Shown here: one piece after another, positions 30,707 through 40,531 of the stretch
Layout of the letters: each line of letters opens with the position of its first letter
Position numbering within the stretch: position 1 is the stretch's first letter
Assembly (NCBI GenBank): GCA_963828165.1
Contig: CAWHDR010000001.1
Coordinates: 2,839,511-2,903,510, forward strand
Reading direction: 5' to 3'
From: an uncultured Chloroflexia bacterium
GTDB taxonomy: Bacteria > Chloroflexota > Limnocylindria > Limnocylindrales > CSP1-4
Length of the DNA stretch: 64,000 bases
Program-made: the position numbers and the translations under genes
The notes under the pieces: generated by a model
The model's database searches: none
The model's input: only the letters and a program-made list of their open reading frames with translations
Told to the model about the DNA's origin: nothing

Positions 30707-31825
30707 GTGACCCAACGACTCCAGACGACCCTGTTTCCGCCTGCCCGACGACCTGCCGAATCCCCGGCATCGCGCCTCCTTGACGTCTCGACGATCTACC
30801 TCGAGCCCGGGGTACTGGAGCATGCGCGCGGCGTGGAGATCCTCGAGCGGTACCCGACGGCGAAGCGGATCGAGGTCGCATCCCACTGGCGCATCCCCGG
30901 CCTCTTCGGCAACGACGGCAACGTCGAGCGCTGGAACGAGATCAAGCGCACCGTCCTCGTCCTCGGCGTCAAGAAGAGCCTCCGGATCGAGCCGAACGGA
31001 CGCAGCACGGATTTCCTGGCGCCGTCCACCGCGAATGGCTGCGCGATGGCGTGCGCCTACTGTTACGTCCCTCGGAACAAGGGCTACGCCAATCCGATCA
31101 GTCTCTTCGTAAACATCGAGGAGATCGTCACCTCGATCCGTCGGCATGCCGGCAAGCAGGGGGTAAAGCCGGAGCCGAACCAGGTCGACCGGGATCTGTG
31201 GGCGTACGACATCGGGGTCAACAGCGACTGTTCCGTGGACGCAGACCTCTCGGACAACGTCCGCGACCTCGTCGACCTCTTCAAGACGCTGCCGAACGCC
31301 AAGGGGTCGTTCGCCACGAAATACGTCAATCCGGCACTGCTCGATTACGACCCTCAGCGAAAGACCCGGATCCGGTTCAGCCTCATGCCCGAGGGTGTCG
31401 GCCGCTTGCTGGACGTGCGAACGAGCCCTATGCCCGAACGGATCGCGGCCATGGCGTCGTTCCACGATGCCGGCTGGGAAGTCCAGATCAACTTCAGCCC
31501 CGTCATCATCACGGACGACTGGCTGGACCGCTACGACGAGCTGTTTCGCGAGATCGACGACACCGTCCCCGAACGGGTCAAGCGCGAGCTCGCGTGTGAG
31601 GTGATCTTCCTCACCCACAACGAGCGCCTCCACGAGGTCAACCTCGGCTGGCATCCGACCGCCGAGGACTACCTCTGGACACCCACGAACCAGGAGGCCA
31701 AGGTTTCGCAGGGTGGCGGTCACAACGTCCGGTACCGCACCGGCTACAAGGGCCGGATGGTTCGCTCGTTCCTCGAGCTGCTCGAGCGACGCATGCCGTA
31801 CTGCCGGGTCCGGTACGCCTTCTAG
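30707..31825 (+). CDS. Spore photoproduct lyase family radical SAM protein
   Basis: GCAMACAYCY (CxxxCxxC), YDIGVNSD, FATKYVN, RIRFSLMP and NFSPVI. Confidence 0.88.
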   Translation: MTQRLQTTLFPPARRPAESPASRLLDVSTIYLEPGVLEHARGVEILERYPTAKRIEVASHWRIPGLFGNDGNVERWNEIKRTVLVLGVKKSLRIEPNGRSTDFLAPSTANGCAMACAYCYVPRNKGYANPISLFVNIEEIVTSIRRHAGKQGVKPEPNQVDRDLWAYDIGVNSDCSVDADLSDNVRDLVDLFKTLPNAKGSFATKYVNPALLDYDPQRKTRIRFSLMPEGVGRLLDVRTSPMPERIAAMASFHDAGWEVQINFSPVIITDDWLDRYDELFREIDDTVPERVKRELACEVIFLTHNERLHEVNLGWHPTAEDYLWTPTNQEAKVSQGGGHNVRYRTGYKGRMVRSFLELLERRMPYCRVRYAF

Positions 31826-31975
31826 CGCCAGGCCCGGTCCCGGACGCGACCGTAGAAGTGTACGCGGGCTGCGGCTCTGTCGGCCACCTGTAAGGTGCCG
31901 CACGCGACTGCATGGGTTTAGACCGGGGCGCAGGATCGATGCTTGCCTCCCATCCCCAGCGAAAGGAATCGACCC

Positions 31976-32230
31976 ATGCTCCGTGTCCTCCGATCCATCG
32001 GCATCACACCCGACATGTTCTATCTCGCATCACTAGGTTCGATGTTGCTCTCGGTCATGCTGTGGTTCGTTCCGCGCGGCGGCGACGACGCGGACAAGGG
32101 ACGGCCTGAGCGTCTTGCGATCTTCGTGGGCCTCTGGCCTCCGACGCTCTTCCTGATGGGGCACGCCCTGCGGGCCGAGGCACCCACGCCGGAAGGTCCG
32201 GCGGCGCTCGACTCGGGCATGTCCATCTGA
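31976..32230 (+). CDS. Small 2-TM membrane protein
   Basis: AAAGGA RBS and ERLAIFVGLWPPT motif. Confidence 0.7.
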   Translation: MLRVLRSIGITPDMFYLASLGSMLLSVMLWFVPRGGDDADKGRPERLAIFVGLWPPTLFLMGHALRAEAPTPEGPAALDSGMSI

Positions 32231-32262
32231 CGACAGCCGGGCACGTCCGGAACCGTCGGCTC

Positions 32263-34959
32263 CTGACCGGGCCTCGCCTGCCTGACACCGAGCGCTCTGT
32301 TCGCCTGCTTCGGACCCGGGTCCTGCACGGGCCGAACCGTTGGTCTCGACTGCCGGTCGTCCACCTGCGGGTCGACCTCGGAGCCCTGGAGCACCTGCCC
32401 ACCAACCTGCTGGCCGGCTTCGGCGAACGGCTCATGGCGACCCTGCCGGGGCTGGGCCGCCACACCTGTTCGACCGGCCGGCCCGGCGGGTTCGCGGACC
32501 GGCTGGTGGAGGGCACGTGGATGGGCCACGTCGTAGAGCATGTCGCCCTGGAACTGCAGCGCGCAGCGGGTGGCAGCTCGACCCGCGGAAAGACCCGAGC
32601 AGCTGGCCCCGGCGGCGTCTACGACGTCATCTTCGGCTTCGAGGACGAGACGGTCGGACGAGCGGCCGGTGCGGCCGCGGTGGACCTGACCAACGACCTG
32701 ATCGATGCCCACGGCCCGGCCCCCGACGCCGCTGACCGCATGGTCGAATCGCTCAGGACATTGGCCGAACGCGCGCGATTGGGCCCGTCCACCCAGGCGA
32801 TCGTCGATGTTGCCCATCGCCGGCACATCCCCTGGACCCGGCTCAACGAGCGCAACCTGGTCCAGCTCGGCTGGGGCGTCCGTACGCGCCGGATCCGGGC
32901 CACCGTGACGTCCGAGACGAGCCTGATCGGGGCCGAGATGGCGCGCGACAAGGACGAGGCTGCCGCAACCCTGGAGCGAGCGGGCCTGCCGGTCCCCGGC
33001 TGGCGGCTCGCGACCTCCGTCGCGGACGCGCTCGCCCACGCTCGAGCCCTGGGCTATCCCGTCGTGATCAAGCCCGTGGACGGTCATCACGGACGAGGCG
33101 TGACGCTGGGCATCAGCGACGACGATGGCGCCGCTGCGGCGTTCGGTCGGGCGGTCGCCTCGAGCCGGCGCCGGCAGGCCATCGTCCAGCGCCAGGTCTC
33201 CGGTCGCGATCATCGCCTGCTCGTCATCGGCGGGCGGCTCGCGGCCTGCGCCGAGCGGGTGCCCGCGGGCGTCGTCGGCGACGGCACATCCACGATCGCG
33301 GCGCTCGTCGATCGCGAGAACGCGGACCCGCGACGCGGCGAGGGCCACGCCCTGGAACTGACCAGGATCCGGATCGACACGGCGGCCCAGGCGGTGCTCG
33401 CCGCGCAGGGGTTGACCCAGGACGACGTGCCGGCCGCGGGGCGGCTCGTCGAACTCGCGAGCGGCGCCAACCTGTCGACCGGCGGCACGAGCATCGACCG
33501 CACCGACGAGGTGCATCCGAGCGTCGCGTCGATGGCCGAGCTGGCGGCGCGCGTCGTCGGGCTGGATGTGGCCGGGATCGACCTGGTCACGACCGACATC
33601 GGCCGACCGTTGGCCGACACGGGTGGGGCGATCATCGAACTCAACGCAGGGCCCGGGTTCCGGATGCACACCCGACCGACCGTCGGGCGCGGCCGCAATG
33701 TCGGCGGGGCCGTCCTCGACCACCTCTTCGGACCAGGCGCTGACGGGCGGATCCCGATCGCCGCGGTGACCGGCTCGAACGGGAAGACCACGACCGTCCG
33801 GCTCCTGGCGCACATTCTCGAGACGTCGGGCCTGGCAACCGGGATGACGACGACGGAGAGCATCGTCGCGGCAGGGCTGGTGCTGAAGACCGGCGACATG
33901 GCGGGTCCGGCGTCAGCCCGTCTCCTGCTCGGCACGCCGACGATCGAGGCAGCGGTGCTCGAGGTCGCCCGCGGCGGCATCCTGCGCGACGGCCTCGGGT
34001 ACGACTACAACGACGTCGCCGTGGTCACGAACGTGACCGGCGACCATCTCGGCCTGGACGGGATCTCCACGCTCAAGCAGCTGGCCGACGTGAAGGCCGT
34101 GATCGTGGACGCGGTCCCGAGGACCGGGACTGCCGTCCTCAACGCCGACGATCCGCTCGTCCGGGCGATGGCGGCCCGCAGTCGTGGCGCCGTGGCACTG
34201 TTCACGACGGAGCGGGAGGGTGGACCAGGCCACCGCGCGGTTGCCCGACACCTCGCCGGCGGCGGGCTCGCCGGTCTCATCGAGGCGGAAGGAGGCACCG
34301 AGCACGCGGTGGTCCGACGGGGGACCGAGACGCTCTTCAGAATCGCCCTGGCCGACATCCCGATCACCTGGGGCGGGGCAGCCCGGATGCACGTGGCCAA
34401 CGCACTGGCCGCCGCCTGCGCCGCCGTCTGCCTGGGGGTCGCACCTGCCGACATCACACGAGGGCTGCGAACATTCGCGTCGTCGCCGGGTCGCGTCGAG
34501 CGCCACGTGGTCGATGGCCGCGAGATCGTCCTGGACTACGGCCACAACATCGCCGCCCTGCGATCGATCGGCGACCTCGTCGAGCGCATCGCGAACGGGC
34601 GACGGGTCATCGGCGTGGTGAGCATGCCGGGCGACCGGCGCGACGAGGACCGGGTGGCGTTCGGGGCGATGGCAGGAACGCTGTTCGACCGGCTGTACGT
34701 CGCCGAGCCGGCGATCCGCGGCCGGCCGGAAGGCGAGGCGGCCGGCCTCCTCATCGACGCCGCGGCCCAGGATCGGGATGGCCGGCCCGCACGCTGCGGG
34801 CGACCCGTGTTCATCGCCGATGAGGCGGCGGCTGCGCAGGCCGCGTTCGGAGGCTCCGATCCCGGCGACCTGCTCGTCTTCTGTGTCGCGAACGGGCCCC
34901 GGGCGATGGCGGCGCTGCGCGGGCCAGGCGAGTCCTTCGGGCCCGCGGGTCGCGGTTAG
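32263..34959 (+). CDS. cphA: Cyanophycin synthetase (start upstream of called ORF; exact codon uncertain)
   Basis: In-frame N-terminus RVLHGPNRWS...VDLG, GHVVEHVALELQ, ATP-grasp domain (KPVDGHHGRG, ELNAGPGFRMH) and Mur-ligase domain (VTGSNGKTTT, EVARGG, DYGHN). Confidence 0.92.
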   Translation: MTGPRLPDTERSVRLLRTRVLHGPNRWSRLPVVHLRVDLGALEHLPTNLLAGFGERLMATLPGLGRHTCSTGRPGGFADRLVEGTWMGHVVEHVALELQRAAGGSSTRGKTRAAGPGGVYDVIFGFEDETVGRAAGAAAVDLTNDLIDAHGPAPDAADRMVESLRTLAERARLGPSTQAIVDVAHRRHIPWTRLNERNLVQLGWGVRTRRIRATVTSETSLIGAEMARDKDEAAATLERAGLPVPGWRLATSVADALAHARALGYPVVIKPVDGHHGRGVTLGISDDDGAAAAFGRAVASSRRRQAIVQRQVSGRDHRLLVIGGRLAACAERVPAGVVGDGTSTIAALVDRENADPRRGEGHALELTRIRIDTAAQAVLAAQGLTQDDVPAAGRLVELASGANLSTGGTSIDRTDEVHPSVASMAELAARVVGLDVAGIDLVTTDIGRPLADTGGAIIELNAGPGFRMHTRPTVGRGRNVGGAVLDHLFGPGADGRIPIAAVTGSNGKTTTVRLLAHILETSGLATGMTTTESIVAAGLVLKTGDMAGPASARLLLGTPTIEAAVLEVARGGILRDGLGYDYNDVAVVTNVTGDHLGLDGISTLKQLADVKAVIVDAVPRTGTAVLNADDPLVRAMAARSRGAVALFTTEREGGPGHRAVARHLAGGGLAGLIEAEGGTEHAVVRRGTETLFRIALADIPITWGGAARMHVANALAAACAAVCLGVAPADITRGLRTFASSPGRVERHVVDGREIVLDYGHNIAALRSIGDLVERIANGRRVIGVVSMPGDRRDEDRVAFGAMAGTLFDRLYVAEPAIRGRPEGEAAGLLIDAAAQDRDGRPARCGRPVFIADEAAAAQAAFGGSDPGDLLVFCVANGPRAMAALRGPGESFGPAGRG

Positions 34960-35102
34960 CGGCAGCCAGCGGGCGTCCGTCGCGATGCGCTTGCCGTCTG
35001 ACAGCCGGCTGTAACCACACCGGACCGAACGGCATCCGTCGGCACCGGCCGCCCGATGGATGCTCTTCGCGTCCGATACGACGCCGCCAGAAAGGGCAAG
35101 CG

Positions 35103-35672
35103 ATGAGCACGTACAAAGTCGGCTATTTCGTGGGGAGCCTCTCCTCCACCTCCATCAACCGCGAACTGTCGGAGGCGCTGATCAAGCTCGCGCCGGACGA
35201 TCTCGAGTTCACCGAGATCCCGATCAGGGATCTGCCGCTCTACAGCCAGGACTACGACGCTGACTTCCCGCCCGAGGCCAGGGCCCTCAAGGAAGCGATT
35301 GCCGACTCGGACGCCGTCCTGTTCGTCACACCCGAGTACAACCGGTCGATCCCGGGCGCCCTCAAGAATGCGATCGACTGGGCGTCGCGGCCCTGGGGTG
35401 AGAATTCGTTCGACCAGATGGCCGCCGCCGTCATCGGGACGTCGGCCGGGCAGATCGGCACGGCGATGGCCCAGCAGAGCCTGCGCGGGGTACTCAGCTT
35501 CTGCAACGCGCGCCAGATGACCGCACCCGAGGCCTACATCCGGTATTCCCCGGAGACGTTCCCCGGCAACGGCGAAGTCGCGGACGAGTCGACGCGGGCA
35601 TTCCTCACCAAGTACATGGAAGAGTTCCGGACGTACATCGCGCGAGTCCTCACCGTCATCCCGCGAACCTGA
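35103..35672 (+). CDS. NADPH-dependent FMN reductase
   Basis: GSLSSTSIN and VTPEYNRSIPGALKNAIDW. Confidence 0.92.
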   Translation: MSTYKVGYFVGSLSSTSINRELSEALIKLAPDDLEFTEIPIRDLPLYSQDYDADFPPEARALKEAIADSDAVLFVTPEYNRSIPGALKNAIDWASRPWGENSFDQMAAAVIGTSAGQIGTAMAQQSLRGVLSFCNARQMTAPEAYIRYSPETFPGNGEVADESTRAFLTKYMEEFRTYIARVLTVIPRT

Positions 35673-35703
35673 GGGTTCGCTTCGCTCCAGGCGCCACGGG
35701 GGA

Positions 35704-36720
35704 TCAGAGGTGCGGTGCGACCCCCTCGGCGAGTTGCTCCATGACCTCGACCTGCGCGTCGTACTCGAGCAGCGGCAGATGGCTGCGCGCTACGAACTCG
35801 ACCGGCACGGGCACCTGGCGCCGGATCCCGAGTAGCGTGTCGACGAGCTCGTCGGGCGTGCCGGCGTACGCGGTCCGGCGCGAGAGGAGCCTTTCGTCAT
35901 CGCCATCGAACGGGGGAGGGGACGTGGCCGGGAGCGGTCGGGTCGCCGACGCCTCCATGTCCGAGTACTTCCAGTTCAGCCCCCAGACGGCGTCGCGGTA
36001 GCGGGCGAGCGCATCGGCCCGGGACGTGCCGGGCAGCAGGATCGAGTAGTGGATGAACCGGAAGGTGGACGGGTCGCGTCCGGCCTCCTCGAGCTCGTCG
36101 AGCACCCACCCGACTTGTTCGCGGAACTTGTCCGCCGGGGCGTTCGAAAAGATGCCGTCCGCGAGTCGGGCGGCCCGGCGGATGGCCGGCTCGGCGCCGC
36201 CGCCGACGAGGACCGGGATCCGGGTCGACGGTGTCGGGCGCACCGCGAGGGTAGGTAGCTGGTACACCGATCCCTCGTGGGTGAACGGCTCGCCGCTCCA
36301 TGCCTGCGGCAGGATCCGGAGGATCTCTTCCATCGCCACGCCGCGACGCCGCATGTCGGCTCCGAGTCCGGCGTACTCGACTTCCGACCAGCCGAGCCCG
36401 AGCCCGAGTGCGAGTCGACCGTGGCTCAGCAGCTGGACGGTCGCCGCATCTTCCGCGAGGCGCAGCGGGTGATGCATCGGCGCGAGGATGACGCCGGTGC
36501 CGATCTCGATCCGTGAGGTCGCCTGGGCGAGGGCCGCGCTGACGACGAGCAGCGAAGGCATGTAGCCGTCGTCGACGAAGTGGTGCTCCGTCGTCCAGAC
36601 CGAGCTGAAGCCGAGCCGTTCGGCCTCGACCGCCAAGCGGACCGTGTCGTCATACGCACGCGTCCAGTCGGTCTCGCCGGGTCGGAGCTGGGCGCTGAGG
36701 AGTCCGAATCCGAGGGTCAT
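35704..36720 (-). CDS. LLM-class flavin-dependent oxidoreductase
   Basis: AERLGFSSVWTTEHHF, HPLRLAED and GRLALGLGLGW. Confidence 0.9.
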   Translation of the reverse strand: MTLGFGLLSAQLRPGETDWTRAYDDTVRLAVEAERLGFSSVWTTEHHFVDDGYMPSLLVVSAALAQATSRIEIGTGVILAPMHHPLRLAEDAATVQLLSHGRLALGLGLGWSEVEYAGLGADMRRRGVAMEEILRILPQAWSGEPFTHEGSVYQLPTLAVRPTPSTRIPVLVGGGAEPAIRRAARLADGIFSNAPADKFREQVGWVLDELEEAGRDPSTFRFIHYSILLPGTSRADALARYRDAVWGLNWKYSDMEASATRPLPATSPPPFDGDDERLLSRRTAYAGTPDELVDTLLGIRRQVPVPVEFVARSHLPLLEYDAQVEVMEQLAEGVAPHL

Positions 36721-36851
36721 GCCGGAGAGGCTACTGCCCTGGAGCCCGAGGCGCAGGTCGGCCCGGTAAAATCAACCGGTCCCAGCGCCCGCCGAGGCAC
36801 ATCGCCACGTCATCGAGCGGCTTGCGCAAGCGTCGGAGCGGAGGATCGATC

Positions 36852-37223
36852 ATGGATTGGAAGCTCGAGCTCGTTTCGGTGCCAGTGTCGGACGTCGACC
36901 GGGCGATCGCGTTCTACACCGACAAGGTCGGCTTCCATCTCGACCAGGATCACAAGGTCAGCGATCAGCTCCGCTTCGTTCAGCTGACGCCCGTGGGGTC
37001 GGCCTGCTCGATCGCGATCGGGACGGGGATGACGGACAAGCCGCCGGGCTCAGTCGGTGGGCTCCAACTGGTCGTCAAGGACGCCGCCGCCGCACGAGCG
37101 GAGCTGCTCGAGCGTGGCGTCGAGGTGAGCGACCTCCAGGACATGCCGTGGGGCCGATTCGTGTTCTTCAGCGATCCGGACGGCAATGGCTGGGCGGTCC
37201 AGGAGCTCCCGGCTCGGCCTTGA
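36852..37223 (+). CDS. VOC/glyoxalase family protein
   Basis: VPVSDVDRAIAFY...FSDPDGNGWAVQE. Confidence 0.9.
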   Translation: MDWKLELVSVPVSDVDRAIAFYTDKVGFHLDQDHKVSDQLRFVQLTPVGSACSIAIGTGMTDKPPGSVGGLQLVVKDAAAARAELLERGVEVSDLQDMPWGRFVFFSDPDGNGWAVQELPARP

Positions 37224-37351
37224 TCCGCCCACGACGTCGGGCGGACCAGCAGCGACGCCCGAGACCGCTCGACGGACTGGTGACAAGACCCGCCCCTCCG
37301 TCGGAGAACCCCGGACCGTCCGGCCCTCGTCTTCCACCGTAGAATCCGTAC

Positions 37352-38374
37352 GTGAAGAAGATCGGATTCCTCTCGTTCGGACACTGGTCCGATTCGCCGT
37401 ACTCCCAGGTGCGCTCGGGTGCCGACGCGTTGATCCAGTCGATCGAGCTCGCGGAAGCCGTCGAGGATCTGGGGGCCGACGGCGCCTACTTCCGCGTCCA
37501 CCACTTCGCGCAGCAGCTCGCGTCGCCGTTCCCGCTCCTGGCGGCGATCGGGGCGCGGACGAAGCGGATCGAGATCGGCACGGCCGTGATCGACATGCGC
37601 TACGAGAACCCGCTGTACATGATCGAGGACGCCGGTGCGGCCGATCTGATCGCCGGTGGCCGGCTGCAGCTCGGGATCAGCCGCGGCTCGCCCGAGCAGG
37701 TCATCGACGGCTTCCGCTACTTCGGCTACGCGCCCGCGGAAGGCAAGACCGACGCGGACATGGCGCGCGACCACACGGAGGTGTTCCTGCAGGCCCTGTC
37801 CGGCGTCGGGTTCGCCCAGCCGAACCCCACGCCGATGTTCCCGAACCCGCCCGGACTGCTCCGCCCCGAGCCGCATTCGCCGGGCCTGCGGGACCGGATC
37901 TGGTGGGGCGCGGGATCTCGAGCGACCGCCCAGTGGACGGGCGAGCAGGGGATGAACCTGATGTCGTCGACCCTGCTGACCGAGGACGCCGGCGTGCCGT
38001 TCCACGAGCTCCAGGCCGAGCAGATCCGCCTGTTCCGCGAGGCATGGACCGCGGCGGGACACGAGCGCGAGCCGCGGGTGTCGGTGAGTCGCAGCATCTT
38101 CGCGCTGGTCGACGATCGGGATCGGGCGTACTTCGGTCGCGGCAACCAGGAGACGGACAAGGTCGGCTACATCGACGCGCAGACGAAGGCGATCTTCGGG
38201 CGCTCCTACGCCGCGGAGCCCGACGTCCTCGTCAAGGAGCTCGCCGGGGACACGGCGATCCAGGCCGCCGACACGCTGCTGCTGACCGTCCCCAACCAGC
38301 TCGGGGTCGAGTACAACGCCCACGCCATCGAGAGCATCCTCAAGTACGTGGCCCCCGATCTCGGCTGGCGCTGA
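37352..38374 (+). CDS. LLM-class flavin-dependent oxidoreductase
   Basis: IGFLSFGHW, FRVHHF and RLQLGISRGSPE. TAGAAT-N6-GTG start. Confidence 0.9.
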   Translation: MKKIGFLSFGHWSDSPYSQVRSGADALIQSIELAEAVEDLGADGAYFRVHHFAQQLASPFPLLAAIGARTKRIEIGTAVIDMRYENPLYMIEDAGAADLIAGGRLQLGISRGSPEQVIDGFRYFGYAPAEGKTDADMARDHTEVFLQALSGVGFAQPNPTPMFPNPPGLLRPEPHSPGLRDRIWWGAGSRATAQWTGEQGMNLMSSTLLTEDAGVPFHELQAEQIRLFREAWTAAGHEREPRVSVSRSIFALVDDRDRAYFGRGNQETDKVGYIDAQTKAIFGRSYAAEPDVLVKELAGDTAIQAADTLLLTVPNQLGVEYNAHAIESILKYVAPDLGWR

Positions 38375-38539
38375 TCAGGTCGAACGCGCCTGGCGTCCGC
38401 GCAGATCCGCAATGGATCCACCTGCCGCCGAGCGCCAAAGACTGAGGCATGACGGCGCCGAACGCGCCTCACGTAGACTCGGGTTCTCGGCCGCCGGGTC
38501 GCAATCGGGGAGTCGAATGGTGGACGCGCGGTCGACCGG

Positions 38540-38983
38540 ATGAACCCATCCATCGAATGCCCACGCTGCGGCGCCTCGACCGTCGAACGGACGAATTGTG
38601 ATTCCGGAGAACGCTTCCTCGGATGCAGTCGGTTTCCGGCGTGCCGTGGAACACGACCGCTGGTCGACGGCGCTAAAGCGAGCGCGCCGACACATCCCAC
38701 CCTTCCCACTCGTCCGGCGCGCCCAACCCGCCCAACCCGCTACAAGCTGAGCGCGGGCGGCCGGGCTCGCAATCTCCCAGATGTCGTCGAGCTACTGGTC
38801 GCCCGAGCGATCGGTAGAAACCTGACGCCGATCCAAGGCTGCATCGTCCAAGTCCTCGCTGTCGTGGTCTTCGCAGGCCTCGTGTACGCGTTCTTCGTTT
38901 CCGGCCTGTTCATGCGGGTCGTCGAGCCATTCGCTCAGTGGTACACAGACCAGGTGTTCCCCACGCCCACAACAGCGCCCTGA
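38540..38983 (+). CDS. Topoisomerase-type C4 zinc-ribbon protein with C-terminal TM helix
   Basis: CPRCG...RFLGCSRFPACRGT followed by a Pro-rich linker and a hydrophobic helix. Confidence 0.75.
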   Translation: MNPSIECPRCGASTVERTNCDSGERFLGCSRFPACRGTRPLVDGAKASAPTHPTLPTRPARPTRPTRYKLSAGGRARNLPDVVELLVARAIGRNLTPIQGCIVQVLAVVVFAGLVYAFFVSGLFMRVVEPFAQWYTDQVFPTPTTAP

Positions 38984-39022
38984 TCGGAACGCGCCGGATC
39001 GAGGAGTAAGGAGGTTACGCCC

Positions 39023-39406
39023 GTGGGATCAGTCGAGGAAGCAATCCGGGCGAGATTCAGGACGCCCACGACGCTTCATACCCTGGGGCAAAGAAAGCCT
39101 TTCGTCCTTCAGCGCATCGACCACAATGGGATCGTTCTCCTGCTCGGGAAACAGCGGAACTACACGCCGTTGGGCTGGGACTGTCTCGAGGGCATCGTCC
39201 CGTTCCTGCGTCGTTACTCCGGATGGGTACCCGCCGGCGGGACGTACGTGGTCGACGGCGAGCTCGGCACGCTCGATGAATACCTGAAGGACTGCATCTC
39301 ACGGCAGACCTCGCGTTGGGTCGCTGTGGTCCTGCAGGAAGCTGGCGTCGTCGGCGTGGATAAGGGTCCGCCCCTGCGAGTCCGGCTCACCGAACAGTTC
39401 AGGTAA
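39023..39406 (+). CDS. Hypothetical protein
   Basis: Strong AAGGAGG RBS and a globular-looking 127-aa ORF. Confidence 0.75.
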   Translation: MGSVEEAIRARFRTPTTLHTLGQRKPFVLQRIDHNGIVLLLGKQRNYTPLGWDCLEGIVPFLRRYSGWVPAGGTYVVDGELGTLDEYLKDCISRQTSRWVAVVLQEAGVVGVDKGPPLRVRLTEQFR

Positions 39407-39472
39407 CCGCTGCTCGACCGGAATCGGGCCTCTGACAGCCTAGGTGGCACACGCGATCGTCAGGATCGCGAC

Positions 39473-39874
39473 ATGAACGGTTTCGGTACCGCGCGACACC
39501 GTCAATTGCCCGTCGGGCTGCTCTCAGCCGGCTGGGCCGATGGCAATCGAGGCGAGAACCTCGTGGTCGAGGTCCTGGCCGCCGCTGGGGTCGCCCCTCG
39601 CTTCAACGTGGCCGGTAGCGTCCTCGACTGCCATCAGCAGTTCGCCGTCGGGCCGTACACGCTCGATTTCGCCTGGCCGAAGCTCAGGATCGGGCTCGAG
39701 GCGGACGGCGGGATCCACCAGAAGACCCGCTGCTACACGCGCGATCGCCGCCGCGACGCCTGGCTGCGGGAGCACGGCTGGCTGATGTTCCGCGTCGACA
39801 TCGAGAACCGCGCCCTGCTCCCGAGCCAGATCGGGCGGGTCCTCGACGTCGTCCGTGCGATGGCGCGCGCATGA
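39473..39874 (+). CDS. DUF559 / Vsr-like endonuclease domain protein
   Basis: QFAVGPYTLDFAW...LEADGGIH...DRRRDAWLREHGWLMFR. Confidence 0.85.
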   Translation: MNGFGTARHRQLPVGLLSAGWADGNRGENLVVEVLAAAGVAPRFNVAGSVLDCHQQFAVGPYTLDFAWPKLRIGLEADGGIHQKTRCYTRDRRRDAWLREHGWLMFRVDIENRALLPSQIGRVLDVVRAMARA

Positions 39875-39954
39875 GCGCCTCGAGGATGGCGACGGGCGCT
39901 GACTAGACTTTCGCTCGACCGAACCGGTTGGGGAACGAAAAAGAGGGAGCGTCG

Positions 39955-40482
39955 GTGACTGCAGGCACGCCGGACCGCGTCTATCGCGCGATCAGTCGAG
40001 TGAGTCATGACAACCGCCGCTACTGGCCGACCCTCGACGTCCCCGTCGCACCACAGCGCTGGAACCGAGAGGATCAGCCCACCATCTACGCGTCGCGCGA
40101 GCCGCAAGTCGCGGCAGCCGAGAAGCTTGGGCAACTGTCGAGATCACCGACGCTCCGCTCGGCGCGTGCATTCTGGAGCATCGCGCCGGCCACGGACGAG
40201 GTGTTCATCCTATCCTTCGACCCCAGCGTCTTTCGCGCCAACCTCGCCGATCTCACGGGTCTCCCGGACATCGGCGACTTCCTGACGCCGGACTACAAGG
40301 CCAGTCAGGAGCGCGCCGCCACCCTGCTCGCAAATGGGATGACGGCATTGCGCGCGCCGTCGGCGGTGTTCTGGCCAGACCTGCACCTCAACGAGGCGTA
40401 CTTCGTCACACTGCCTGGCCAGCCCCAACGGGAGCAGTTCCCGCAGGTGCACGAGTTCGGCAAGTTCAAGGGTGAGCCTTGA
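39955..40482 (+). CDS. RES domain protein (putative NAD-targeting toxin)
   Basis: VYR, QRWN...IYASREPQVAAAE, DYKASQ and LRAPSA, the R-E-S family pattern. Confidence 0.75.
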   Translation: MTAGTPDRVYRAISRVSHDNRRYWPTLDVPVAPQRWNREDQPTIYASREPQVAAAEKLGQLSRSPTLRSARAFWSIAPATDEVFILSFDPSVFRANLADLTGLPDIGDFLTPDYKASQERAATLLANGMTALRAPSAVFWPDLHLNEAYFVTLPGQPQREQFPQVHEFGKFKGEP

Positions 40483-40526
40483 CAGTGGGACCTAACTGGG
40501 ATATGGTCGGGACTCGAATGGGAGTC
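40479..40526 (+). promoter_or_regulatory. Sigma70-type promoter with phased GGGA repeats
   Basis: TTGACA (40479)-N17-TATGGT (40502). GGGA occurs at 40487, 40498, 40509 and 40520. Confidence 0.7.
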
Positions 40527-40531
40527 ATCGC

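Noticed and set aside
36768-36779. AAAATCAACCGG also found at 49474-49485 beside dif, a possible left island boundary
   Set aside because: Only 12 bp, lacking the ACATAA-N6-TTAT core, so it could be chance.
2120-38440. Integron cassette array explaining the gene mosaic
   Set aside because: No integron integrase and no recurring attC-like repeat were seen between genes, and orientations are mixed.
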